DNA from: Nitrospirota bacterium
GTDB taxonomy: Bacteria; UBA2233
Direction: 5' to 3'
Assembly (NCBI GenBank): GCA_011620345.1
Contig: WOZJ01000016.1
Span: 1-35,142 of the forward strand
Length of the DNA: 35,142 nt
Under the pieces are notes generated by a model. The model had not been told where the DNA came from. It was given only the letters and a program-made list of their open reading frames with translations, and made no database searches. The position numbers and the translations under genes are program-made. Below, piece by piece: positions 1-8,113 of the stretch. Within the stretch, counting starts at the first letter, position 1; each line of letters opens with the position of its first letter.

Positions 1-89
1 TCTTCTAAGCGCTACATTCGGGGCTTCTGAGGCATTCCCAATACGACGCCCCTCGCGGCCTTTGCGATGTCAGGATTCCATAGAGACCC

Positions 90-119
90 TTGACACCCCG
101 CTTGAGCATGATCTAATGT
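90..119 (+). promoter_or_regulatory. Putative sigma70 promoter for the 187/890 gene pair
   Basis: Perfect TTGACA at 90-95; TAATGT at 114-119 (18-bp spacer) or TCTAAT at 112-117 (16-bp spacer); AT-rich region about 70 nt before the ATG at 187. Confidence 0.6.
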
Positions 120-142
120 AATCCTACATTACGTAGTACTAC
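114..142. promoter_or_regulatory. Tandem palindromes, candidate repressor operator
   Basis: TAATGTA-ATCC-TACATTA (114-131, perfect 7-4-7 inverted repeat) followed by the perfect palindrome GTAGTACTAC (133-142), overlapping the -10/+1 region. Confidence 0.5.
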
Positions 143-186
143 AAAGCTTAGGTGAAATCAATGAACCAAGAACGAAAGGGAAAGAA

Positions 187-858
187 ATGCGTGTTGGTAT
201 GAAATCGATGGTTTTGTCCGTTGTTGGCCTACTGGCCTACGGGACTATGGCGTTCTGTCAGCCAGCCAGGGGGGCGTGGTCTGCGTTGGGGGCCGAAGAA
301 ACGATTCAGGGGTCTATTAAAGAAATTCAGCAAATCCCGGGCCAGCGTCCCGGCATGGTGGGGCTCCGGTTTGTCGTGGCCGCCAGTACGGGCGATGCGG
401 TGACGGTGCTCGTTGGGCCCGCTTATTACCTGGCGCAGGCCGGCTACAGCCCGAAGGTTGGCGATAAAATCTCCGTGGAAGGGTTTATGATCCAATCTGA
501 TGTCGATACACTCATGGTAGCCAGGACGATCACGGCCGGGGGCTTGACGATCCCCTTAAGGGACGAGCAAGGGATGCCCCTTTGGTCCGGCGGAGGGAGC
601 TTTCCCGCGCAGTTTGCCCCGCAATCCAAGCTCGGCGAGCCGGCCTTCATTCTAGCGAGGGGCTACGGCAGGTCTGGAAACCAAGGCGGCAGCGGGCCCT
701 CTGGTGCGCCCGGAACCGGCGTGAGAACACCCCAGGGCGGTCAGGGGACGGGCGTGTGCCCTTTTGGGTATCCTGCGGGAACGGGGGTCAACAGGCCCTT
801 GCCCCAAGGGTTGCCAAATGCGCCTCGTGGCGTTGCGCCATCTTTTCCGAACCGTTAG
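187..858 (+). CDS. Exported protein with a MamS/MamX-like beta domain and a Gly/Pro-rich tail
   Basis: Signal-peptide-like N-terminus; motifs VGPxxYL..KVGDKISVEG..LRDEQGMPLW; purine-rich RBS upstream; paralog of 890..1375; start could be the ATG at 199; family assignment from memory. Confidence 0.7.
   Translation: MRVGMKSMVLSVVGLLAYGTMAFCQPARGAWSALGAEETIQGSIKEIQQIPGQRPGMVGLRFVVAASTGDAVTVLVGPAYYLAQAGYSPKVGDKISVEGFMIQSDVDTLMVARTITAGGLTIPLRDEQGMPLWSGGGSFPAQFAPQSKLGEPAFILARGYGRSGNQGGSGPSGAPGTGVRTPQGGQGTGVCPFGYPAGTGVNRPLPQGLPNAPRGVAPSFPNR
712..810 (+). repeat. Three 33-nt / 11-aa periodic GTGV-initiated units
   Basis: GTGV codons start at 712, 745 and 778, exactly 33 nt apart: GTGVRTPQGGQ / GTGVCPFGYPA / GTGVNRPLPQG. 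Confidence 0.6.
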
Positions 859-889
859 GTAAGCAGCAACTTTAACCAAGGAGGTTACG

Positions 890-1375
890 ATGAAAGTGTT
901 GGCTCGAACGATTGGAGGAATGGCCGCAGGGTTTGTATTTTTTGGCCTGCTTGGCTCATCATCCCTTGCCCAGACGCCTAGAGGCCCGGTGTATCAGTGG
1001 GGAACGGAGAAAACGCTCACGGGGACAATCAAAGAGGTCCAGACCACCCAAGGAAGACGGCCTGGAATGGTCGGCGTCCACCTGGCGGTTGACACCAAAG
1101 ACGGCGCCTTTACGGCGATGGTAGGGCCCTATCAGGCGTTGCAATCCCAAGGCTACGAGCCAAAAGAGGGTGATCAAGTCGAACTTCTGGGTTCCGTCCT
1201 CAAGATTAACGACCAGAACGTCATCATCGTGAAAACGTTGAAGGCATCGGGTAAAACGGTTGAGCTCCGTGACGCCCAAGGCTTTCCGCTTTGGATGAAA
1301 GGGCCTAGGATGGGAGGCCGCCCTGGAGCGTGGGGACCGCAGCCGGTCGCGCCCGGAACTCCTAGCTCCAAATAG
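890..1375 (+). CDS. Exported protein with a MamS/MamX-like domain, paralog of the upstream gene
   Basis: Strong RBS AAGGAGG; signal peptide ending SLA-Q; shares RPGMVG, VGP, GYxPKxGD and LRDxQGxPLW with 187..858. Confidence 0.75.
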   Translation: MKVLARTIGGMAAGFVFFGLLGSSSLAQTPRGPVYQWGTEKTLTGTIKEVQTTQGRRPGMVGVHLAVDTKDGAFTAMVGPYQALQSQGYEPKEGDQVELLGSVLKINDQNVIIVKTLKASGKTVELRDAQGFPLWMKGPRMGGRPGAWGPQPVAPGTPSSK

Positions 1376-1386
1376 CTGAGCGCTCG

Positions 1387-1416
1387 AGGACAAGGTGCGA
1401 GAACGCACCTTGTCCT
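1387..1416. terminator. Hairpin between convergent genes, likely bidirectional terminator
   Basis: Perfect 13-bp stem AGGACAAGGTGCG / CGCACCTTGTCCT with AGAA loop, between stops at 1375 (+) and 1436 (-); U-tract is weak. Confidence 0.7.
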
Positions 1417-1435
1417 TGTTGCATCTCCGGGGTTT

Positions 1436-3010
1436 TTAGTCTGCCCGATAGTGACAGCCGATGGAGTTCTTGTTCTCCCAGGCCGCTTGGGCGATGGCCC
1501 TCGCCGCGCCTACGGCGTTCCTAAGGCCGATCAGTCCGTCTGTTAGCTTGCTTTTTCGGTAAAACCTCTCGATCTCCGTTTCAAGGTGGGAAAGCTCCCT
1601 TTGCGCGCGCTCGAGCCTTGGAGCCGTGCGTACAAGCCCGACGTAGTTCCAAAGGATGTGCCGAATAACGCTCAAATCCTGGGCGATCAGCGCGGCGTCC
1701 GTTTTGTACAGGCCGGTTTCTTCCCAGGGCTGAATCTCCTCTTGGGAGGGCTGGCTTTGGGCGCGTATGGTTTCCAGGATCTTCCCCGCCGCCTTATGGC
1801 CCCAGACGAGCCCTTCCAAAAGGGATGTGCTGGCCAACCTGTTGGCGCCGTGTAGGCCGGTACAGGCAACCTCGCCCACGGCATAGAGCCCCTCGAGGCT
1901 TGTCATTCCCACGCCGTCCGCTAGGACCCCCCCGCAGTGGTAGTGCGCCGCGGGCACGACGGGGATGGGCTTTTGAGCGATGTCTATGCCAAGCTCGAGG
2001 CATTTGGCGTGGATGTTTGGAAACTTTTCAAGGATAGTCTTTTCTGGTAGCGCGCCGGCCAAATCGAGCCAGACGCAAGGGCTGTCGGAGTGGAGCATTT
2101 CTTCGTGAATCGCACGGGCGACGACATCCCTGGGTGCCAAGTCTTTCCAGACGGGGTCGTGGCGTGCCATGAAGGCTTCGCCCTTATCATTCAAGAGCCT
2201 GGCCCCCGCCCCCCTTACGGCCTCGGAGATCAAGTAGCCGGGGGATTTGGGGTGGTAGAGCGTGGTCGGGTGGAACTGGACGAACTCGCTGTGGGCTGTA
2301 CGCGCCCCCGCCCGGATGGCCATTGCCAGCCCATCGCCCCGGGCCCCGGCCGGGTTGGTCGTCCATAGATAGAGCCTGCCTATCCCGCCCGTGGCCAGGA
2401 TCGTGTTTTTGGCAAGCAGGCGTTTGACGACACCTGAGGTTTGGTCAAGCGCGTACGCGCCGATGCACCTTGGCGGCTCGTAGACCCGAACGAGCCGGTT
2501 TCTCGACTGGTGGGTGGTCGTCAAGAGGTCCACTGCCGTGTGTCCTGGAAGCATCCGGACGTTTGGGTGTTCTTGGAGCGCCTTCAGAACGGCCAAGGCG
2601 ATCGTCCTGCCCGTGGCATCCTTGGTGTGAACAATCCTGGGGATCGAATGTCCGCCTTCGAGCGCAAGCAAAAGCTCTTCCGTCTCGGCCCTATCGAACT
2701 CTACCCCGCACCGCTCCATCAAGACCTTCTCGATGAGCCTAGGGCCTTCGTTAGCGAGGATGAGGGCCGCGCTTGGGTTGCATACGCCGGCCCCCGCCCT
2801 TTGGATGTCCTCTACCAAAAGCTCCGGGGTGTCGCCCTTGCCCTTGTAGATGATGCCTCCTTGGGCATGGTACGTGTTGGAATCCTCCGGCTTTTCGGCA
2901 CGCGTCAGGATGTGTACGGGAACGCCTGCATCGGCGAGCCTAAGGGCCGCTACGCCGCCCGCGATCCCGCAGCCGATCACGAGCACCTCCGCTTGAACGA
3001 GCTCTTCCAT
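1436..3010 (-). CDS. nadB: L-aspartate oxidase
   Basis: FAD-binding VIGCGIAG, AQGGI, EGGHS, FVQFHPT, ISEAVRG, LAPRDVVAR, AHYHCGG, GLHGANRLAS; ATG at 3010 directly after the nadA stop. Confidence 0.97.
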   Translation of the reverse strand: MEELVQAEVLVIGCGIAGGVAALRLADAGVPVHILTRAEKPEDSNTYHAQGGIIYKGKGDTPELLVEDIQRAGAGVCNPSAALILANEGPRLIEKVLMERCGVEFDRAETEELLLALEGGHSIPRIVHTKDATGRTIALAVLKALQEHPNVRMLPGHTAVDLLTTTHQSRNRLVRVYEPPRCIGAYALDQTSGVVKRLLAKNTILATGGIGRLYLWTTNPAGARGDGLAMAIRAGARTAHSEFVQFHPTTLYHPKSPGYLISEAVRGAGARLLNDKGEAFMARHDPVWKDLAPRDVVARAIHEEMLHSDSPCVWLDLAGALPEKTILEKFPNIHAKCLELGIDIAQKPIPVVPAAHYHCGGVLADGVGMTSLEGLYAVGEVACTGLHGANRLASTSLLEGLVWGHKAAGKILETIRAQSQPSQEEIQPWEETGLYKTDAALIAQDLSVIRHILWNYVGLVRTAPRLERAQRELSHLETEIERFYRKSKLTDGLIGLRNAVGAARAIAQAAWENKNSIGCHYRAD

Positions 3011-3011
3011 G

Positions 3012-4055
3012 CTAGCCCACCTCCAGCATGCGTTGGATGGCCCCGAGCGCCCTTTTGCGGGTAGGCTCGGGTACGTCGATCTCGTAGCGGTTCTCTTGGA
3101 GAGCCTGAAGCGTCGCCTCGAGCGAGATGGCATTCATGTGGGGGCAGCGGATGGCGCAAAGCCGGACGATCTCTTTCGAGGGGTTTGCCGCCTGGACGTT
3201 CTCGCCCATGGCGCACTCGGTCAAAAGGGCAAAGCGTTCCTTGGGCGAGCCCGCGACGTAGCGTGCCATGGCGGATGTCGAGCCGACGAAGTCGCAGAGC
3301 GCCGTTACCTCGGGCTTGCACTCAGGGTGCGCCAAGACGGCCACTTCCGGAAACTGCGCCCTTAAGTTTTTTACATCCTCGGGTTGGAAGCGATCGTGGA
3401 CCTCGCAGCTTCCTTGCCAGCCCAAGATTGCCCAATCGTCTGCATCCGGGAAAACGACCGTCTCCCCGGCCCCTTTTTTTGCGTAGGCAATCTTCTTGCC
3501 GAGCTCTTTGGCCGTGTTGGCCGCAAGGAACGCATCCGGCAGGAAGATAACCCGCGGCGCGTTCATGGCTTGAATGACGTTGGCGGCGTTGGATGAGGTG
3601 CAGCAGGCATCGCTAAGCGCTTTGATGTCCGCGTAGGTGTTGATGTAGCTCACAACGGGAACGCCAGGGTATCGCGCCTTGATGGCTTCGAGGTCTTTTG
3701 GGGCGATGCTTTCTGCCAAAGAACACCCAGCCCTAAGAGAGGGCAAAAGTACGGTTTTTTTGGGGTTCAAGACCTTGGCCGTCTCGGCCATGAACTTCAC
3801 CCCGCAAAAAACGATTACCTCGGCGTCTGTCGTGGCCGCCCTCCTGCTCAATTCCAGCGAATCACCCGTAAAGTCGCAGACGCTGTAGTAGAGCGCGGGC
3901 TCCATGTAGGCATGGCCAAGGATGACGGCGCGGCGCTTTTGTTTAAGCTCTAAAACCTTGGAGGCGATTTCTGCTTTGTATGCGATTTCGAAATCGGGCA
4001 GGACGTTCTGGAGTTTTGCTTTGAGAGCGTTGTAGATACTGGCTTGGTCTTTCAT
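3012..4055 (-). CDS. nadA: Quinolinate synthase
   Basis: GDSLELS, FCGVKFMAETAK, three Fe-S cysteines (AGCSLA, GSCEVH, RCPHMN), AHPEC, GSTS. Confidence 0.97.
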   Translation of the reverse strand: MKDQASIYNALKAKLQNVLPDFEIAYKAEIASKVLELKQKRRAVILGHAYMEPALYYSVCDFTGDSLELSRRAATTDAEVIVFCGVKFMAETAKVLNPKKTVLLPSLRAGCSLAESIAPKDLEAIKARYPGVPVVSYINTYADIKALSDACCTSSNAANVIQAMNAPRVIFLPDAFLAANTAKELGKKIAYAKKGAGETVVFPDADDWAILGWQGSCEVHDRFQPEDVKNLRAQFPEVAVLAHPECKPEVTALCDFVGSTSAMARYVAGSPKERFALLTECAMGENVQAANPSKEIVRLCAIRCPHMNAISLEATLQALQENRYEIDVPEPTRKRALGAIQRMLEVG

Positions 4056-4090
4056 GGAAGGGATTCTTTCTCCTTGAGAATATGGCGGGT

Positions 4091-4945
4091 TTATAGGACA
4101 AGCAGGCTTAGATCGAGCGCTTTGGCCGAGTGTGTCAGCATCCCGACCGAGACGAAATCCACCCCAGTTTCGGCTATTTGTCGGACATTCTCCAGGTTTA
4201 TCCCGCCGGAGACCTCCAGCGAAACTTTGGCGTTGACGAGCCCTACGGCCCCTTGGATGCCTTCCGGAGTAAAGTTATCCAAAAGGATGCGCGTCACGGG
4301 GAACGCGAGCGCGTCTTTTAGCTCGCCCAAGTTCCTTACCTCGATTTCGACGGGCAAACGCTTTGGGTTGTTGGAGAGCGTGCGCTCGAGCGCTTTTCCA
4401 ACCCCGCCCGCCAGCGCGATGTGGTTTTCTTTAAGGAGAATCATGTCGAACAACCCAAGCCTGTGATTTTGGCCGCCGCCTAGCAAGACGGCCCATTTAT
4501 CGAGAGTCCTCAAGCCTGGCGTCGTTTTCCTGGTATCGAGGATTTTAGCCTTGGTATGCGAAACGGCGGAGACAAACCGCCGTGTGAGCGTTGCAACTCC
4601 GGACATGCGCATTAAAAAGTTGAGCGCGACGCGCTCCCCGGAAAGAACTGCCCCGGCACGCCCTTCGATTGTGGCGATTGCTTGGAGGGCGCTAACCTCT
4701 TTGCCATCCTTGGCGAGCGGCTCGAAGGCCAGACCCTCATCCAGGTTCAAAAAGACGCGCCTTGCCACCTCGAGCCCCGCGATCACGCCGGGTTCTTTGG
4801 CGAGGATTTGAGCCTTAAGCTGCCTGTCTTGAAGCCCGAGCGCTTGCAAGGTGGCATCCCCCGCGCCAAGGTCTTCTTGAAGTGCCCTGGAGACAATCGC
4901 TTCCAAAATTTCTGGGCTTACGTAGGGGGGCAAGACGTTTGTCAT
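4091..4945 (-). CDS. nadC: Nicotinate-nucleotide diphosphorylase (carboxylating)
   Basis: ALQEDLGAGDAT, ERVALN, DTRKTTPGLR, NHRLGL, KENHI, LLDNF, EVSGGI, THSA. Confidence 0.97.
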   Translation of the reverse strand: MTNVLPPYVSPEILEAIVSRALQEDLGAGDATLQALGLQDRQLKAQILAKEPGVIAGLEVARRVFLNLDEGLAFEPLAKDGKEVSALQAIATIEGRAGAVLSGERVALNFLMRMSGVATLTRRFVSAVSHTKAKILDTRKTTPGLRTLDKWAVLLGGGQNHRLGLFDMILLKENHIALAGGVGKALERTLSNNPKRLPVEIEVRNLGELKDALAFPVTRILLDNFTPEGIQGAVGLVNAKVSLEVSGGINLENVRQIAETGVDFVSVGMLTHSAKALDLSLLVL

Positions 4946-4951
4946 TGGGCC

Positions 4952-5371
4952 CTATTCTCCGATGATCTTGACGAGCACGCGTTTTTTTCTTCGTCCGTCG
5001 AACTCTCCGTAAAAGACCTGCTCCCAGGGGCCGAAATCGAGCCTACCTTGGGTGATAGCTACAACGACCTCCCGGCCCATGACCTGGCGCTTCAAGTGCG
5101 CATCGGCGTTGTCCTCGCCCGTACGGTTATGCCGGTATTTCGATACCGGCTCGTGCGGGGCCAGGTTCTCCAGCCACTCCTCGAAATCTGCGTGCAGCCC
5201 TGACTCGTCGTCGTTGATAAACACGCTCGATGTGATGTGCATGGCGTTGACCAACACGAGCCCTTCCTTTATGGCGCTTTCTTTCAGGCATTCCTCTAGC
5301 TGGGGCGTAATATTGACAAACGCCCGCCTATTGGGCAGGTCGAACCAAAGCTCTTTCCTGTAGCTCTTCAA
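4952..5371 (-). CDS. yjbQ: YjbQ/UPF0047 family protein (secondary thiamine-phosphate synthase-like)
   Basis: [42 protein letters not shown] start with GAGG RBS. Confidence 0.92.
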   Translation of the reverse strand: MKSYRKELWFDLPNRRAFVNITPQLEECLKESAIKEGLVLVNAMHITSSVFINDDESGLHADFEEWLENLAPHEPVSKYRHNRTGEDNADAHLKRQVMGREVVVAITQGRLDFGPWEQVFYGEFDGRRKKRVLVKIIGE

Positions 5372-5377
5372 CGTCCT

Positions 5378-6097
5378 CTACTCCTTTGGGCCGGTTTGGC
5401 CTAGATTCTCTAAGGAAAGCATGCCACTTTTGGTGTCTATTCTTAAGCTTGCCCCCTGGAAGAGGTTCATCCCCAAAAGCCCCTGTAGGTCGTCTTTCCC
5501 GTTCGGATAGCCGGTGTCTTGTTTGAAGACGAGCACCGGAACCGCTCTCCATTCGTAAGGGCCGATGCGAAGCGTATCCAGCTCGACACGTCGAGCCTCG
5601 ATCCGGCCTCCGCCCGCGACCATGGCAAACGTCTTTTTGCCCTCATCCTCGGGGATCCCGAGCGAATCGGCAAACGTTTCCGTGATTGCCGTAGCGGTGG
5701 CTCCTGTATCCAGCAAGAAATTTCCACGCATCGGGCCGTACGATCTGTGGACGATCTCGACGGGCACCAAGACCTTTCGATCGCGTACGGATACCGGGGT
5801 GCTCGTCCCTTTGGCTAGGGCATCGCCTTGGAAAAAAGCCTTTCCGGATGGTGTTTGGGTTTTATCCTGCGCTTGTTTTGGCGTGCTGTCAGGCCTCAAA
5901 ACCTGCGTGGGGATATGCTCCACGCGCTGAGGCGTTTCTTTTACGACCCTGGTTGCGTCGTCGGTTATGACAAGCCTCCCTGCGGGGTCGGTGTAGCGGT
6001 AGAGCACGCCGGCCTCCAAGAAGCCAGGGACACAAAGAAGGGCTCCAAGAGATTCCAAGAGTCCAAAGAACACGCTATGATGCTTAAAGGTGCGCAC
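5378..6097 (-). CDS. Exported retropepsin-like aspartyl protease with an N-terminal DUF4124-like domain
   Basis: FLLDTGAT catalytic motif, VAGGG flap, GLLGMN; signal peptide followed by LYRYTDPAG..ITDD; GTG start approximate. Confidence 0.85.
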   Translation of the reverse strand: MRTFKHHSVFFGLLESLGALLCVPGFLEAGVLYRYTDPAGRLVITDDATRVVKETPQRVEHIPTQVLRPDSTPKQAQDKTQTPSGKAFFQGDALAKGTSTPVSVRDRKVLVPVEIVHRSYGPMRGNFLLDTGATATAITETFADSLGIPEDEGKKTFAMVAGGGRIEARRVELDTLRIGPYEWRAVPVLVFKQDTGYPNGKDDLQGLLGMNLFQGASLRIDTKSGMLSLENLGQTGPKE

Positions 6098-6129
6098 ACT
6101 GCCGCCTACGTGGAAATCGGTTTAGTACC

Positions 6130-6159
6130 AGTATAGCGCGTTCCCGTTGGCTTTCGGAA
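6130..6159 (-). promoter_or_regulatory. Possible promoter for the protease-yjbQ-nadCAB operon
   Basis: TATACT on the minus strand (6135-6130) with a weak -35 TTCCGA (6159-6154), 18-bp spacer, in the divergent intergenic region. Confidence 0.35.
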
Positions 6160-6197
6160 GCCGTGAAGAACGCCGGGATGAAAATATGGGGGGTTTC

Positions 6198-7181
6198 ATG
6201 AGAAAGGCAAAGGCCATCGTAGGTTGCATTCTGTGTGTAGCCATGTTCTCGGCGCGCGTCTTTGCGGCCGATTTAGACAGCGCCTTCCTAAAGAGGATGC
6301 TCGAGCGTCACAGTCCGCACCCGATGTTGAACATTGCAGACAGAGGGGCCAGCATGCTCGCCCCAGAGAACACGATTCCGGCCATCGAGAAAGCCTTTAT
6401 GCTCGGGGCGGACGTCGTTCGGGTCGGGGTTCATCTCACGAAGGACGAGGCCATCGTCGTCCTACAGGACCACGACTTGTCAAGGACGACGAACGTACGT
6501 AGCGTGTTCCCGAACCGGCGATCGGCTTTTGTGAGGGAATTTACGCTGTCCGAGGTCGGCCGTTTGGACGCGGGCGGCTATTTCGCGCGTGAGGACCCGT
6601 ACGGCACGATCAGGTCGGGCGCCGTTTCTCGTGAGGAGGCGAGGCTCTACGCCTCGGGTTCGGTCAAAGTCCCTACCTTAGACGAGGTCGTTACCCTGGC
6701 CAGGCGCTACGATGCCGCTTTGGACATCGAAATCCGCCAGCTGCCGGGGTTTTATCCAAAAATGGGGGAACTCGTTCTCGATTCCGTCAAGAGGGCCGGC
6801 ATGGAAGAGCGCGTGCTCATCTCGAGCCTCGACCATACGCTCCTGTATGAGATGAAAAAGAAAAATGCTAAGGTAGACTACGCGCCCGTCATGCTGGAGA
6901 GGCTTTACCTTCCGGGGCGCTACACGCGGGACAACTTGGGAATGCGTTCGCTTGAGCTGGCCTACGACCTTCTTGCCGTCGAGTTCGGCTATCCGAAGAA
7001 CGAGGCCGACTTTGCGGATGCCCTTAAGCGAAAGGTAGGGATGCTCGTGTGGGGCGCTAATGATGCCGAGACATTCCCCGTGCTCCTTCGGCTTGGCGTA
7101 GCGGGGGCCATCACCCAAAGGCCCGAGCTGCTCGAAGCCTATCTAGATAGGCTCTTTGGTGACGACGAGGGAAGAAGGTGA
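6198..7181 (+). CDS. Exported glycerophosphodiester phosphodiesterase-family protein, apparently catalytically degenerate
   Basis: GDPD scaffold APENTIPA, HLTKD, LSRTTN, LDAG, VPTLDEV, LISSLD; signal peptide ending VFA-A; IAHRG reads IADRG, ExD reads RVG, HD reads QD; alternative start 6186. Confidence 0.85.
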   Translation: MRKAKAIVGCILCVAMFSARVFAADLDSAFLKRMLERHSPHPMLNIADRGASMLAPENTIPAIEKAFMLGADVVRVGVHLTKDEAIVVLQDHDLSRTTNVRSVFPNRRSAFVREFTLSEVGRLDAGGYFAREDPYGTIRSGAVSREEARLYASGSVKVPTLDEVVTLARRYDAALDIEIRQLPGFYPKMGELVLDSVKRAGMEERVLISSLDHTLLYEMKKKNAKVDYAPVMLERLYLPGRYTRDNLGMRSLELAYDLLAVEFGYPKNEADFADALKRKVGMLVWGANDAETFPVLLRLGVAGAITQRPELLEAYLDRLFGDDEGRR

Positions 7182-8113
7182 AGCCCGTACCCCATTTTTT
7201 AGATATCGCCCCACTGCGTCTTGAGCTCCTCGAGCGGTTGATCGAGAGGGGCTTTTTTTTTAAGCGCATTGCAAGAGAGGCTCCAGAGCGGCTCAAAAGC
7301 CCCCTTTGCATGGAAAAAAGGCTTGTTTTGCTGTTCTTCGAGCCTTCTACCAGGACACGGACCTCGTTTTCGCTCGCGGCCAAACAGTTGGGGTTCGACC
7401 TCCAACCGTTGGAACCCGGCTCAATGAGCCTCGTAAAAGGCGAGAAGTTGGTCGAGAACTTTTTAAACCTAGGAAAGTTGGGGTTCGACGTGGCCGTCGT
7501 TAGGCATCCCAGCTCGGGCGCCCTCCACTTTTTGAGCCGTCATATCGGGGTGAGCCTAGTCAACGCGGGTGATGGCTGTCATGCCCACCCAAGCCAGGCG
7601 CTTCTGGACCTGATGACGATCAAGGAAAGGTTTGGAGAGCTCAAGGGACTCCGCGTGGGCATCGTGGGAGACGTGGCAAAGAGCAGGGTGGCGCGCTCGG
7701 ATATACACGCCCTAAAGAAGTTCGGGGCAACCGTTTCTTTGATCGGCCCGCCGCACTTCGTACCCGATACCTTGGAAGGACCGGGCGTCAAGGTGAGCCA
7801 TGACTTGGACGGCCTGCTTAAAGGCCTCGATGTCCTTGTGATGCTCCGCATCCAGACAGAACGGGCCGCCTACGACCCTCTACTTAGCCTTTCTTGGTAT
7901 CGGGAAGCCTACGCGATCACGCTCGATAGGTTTTCTAGCCTTCCTGGCCATGCGATCGTCCTGCATCCAGGACCGGTATCGTTAGGCATTGAGATGGACG
8001 AGGAGGTCTTAAAGCTCGATCGTTGCCTTTCCTACACGCAGGTTGAGAACGGGGTTTTTGCCAGGATGGCGGTTCTTGAATGGGCTATGGAAGGAAGAGG
8101 ACGGTGCTGTTGA
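7178..8113 (+). CDS. pyrB: Aspartate carbamoyltransferase catalytic subunit
   Basis: FFEPSTRTRTSF, KGE, VRH, NAGDG..HPSQALLD, SRVARS, LRIQTER, HPGP; GTGA overlap with the upstream gene. Confidence 0.96.
   Translation: MKPVPHFLDIAPLRLELLERLIERGFFFKRIAREAPERLKSPLCMEKRLVLLFFEPSTRTRTSFSLAAKQLGFDLQPLEPGSMSLVKGEKLVENFLNLGKLGFDVAVVRHPSSGALHFLSRHIGVSLVNAGDGCHAHPSQALLDLMTIKERFGELKGLRVGIVGDVAKSRVARSDIHALKKFGATVSLIGPPHFVPDTLEGPGVKVSHDLDGLLKGLDVLVMLRIQTERAAYDPLLSLSWYREAYAITLDRFSSLPGHAIVLHPGPVSLGIEMDEEVLKLDRCLSYTQVENGVFARMAVLEWAMEGRGRCC

Noticed and set aside
1-30. Possible 3' end of an upstream CDS (SSKRYIRGF-stop)
   Set aside because: Too short to support
187-1375. Magnetosome gene cluster
   Set aside because: Only a domain resemblance; no heme motifs and no other mam genes in the window
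1383-1999. Frequent CTCGAG/TCGA words (e.g. 1383, 1610, 1892, 1994) as a HIP1-like signal
   Set aside because: Plausibly explained by CTC-GAG and ATC-GAG codon pairs; not quantified, and would need a codon-shuffled null
3011-3133. 41-aa N-terminal extension of nadB in the ORF track
   Set aside because: Overlaps nadA in another frame; the FAD-binding fold begins right after the ATG at 3010
4056-4090. NAD-sensing riboswitch ahead of nadA
   Set aside because: Only 35 nt intergenic; it holds an AAGGAG with a long 14-nt spacer and weak pairing, too small for a known aptamer
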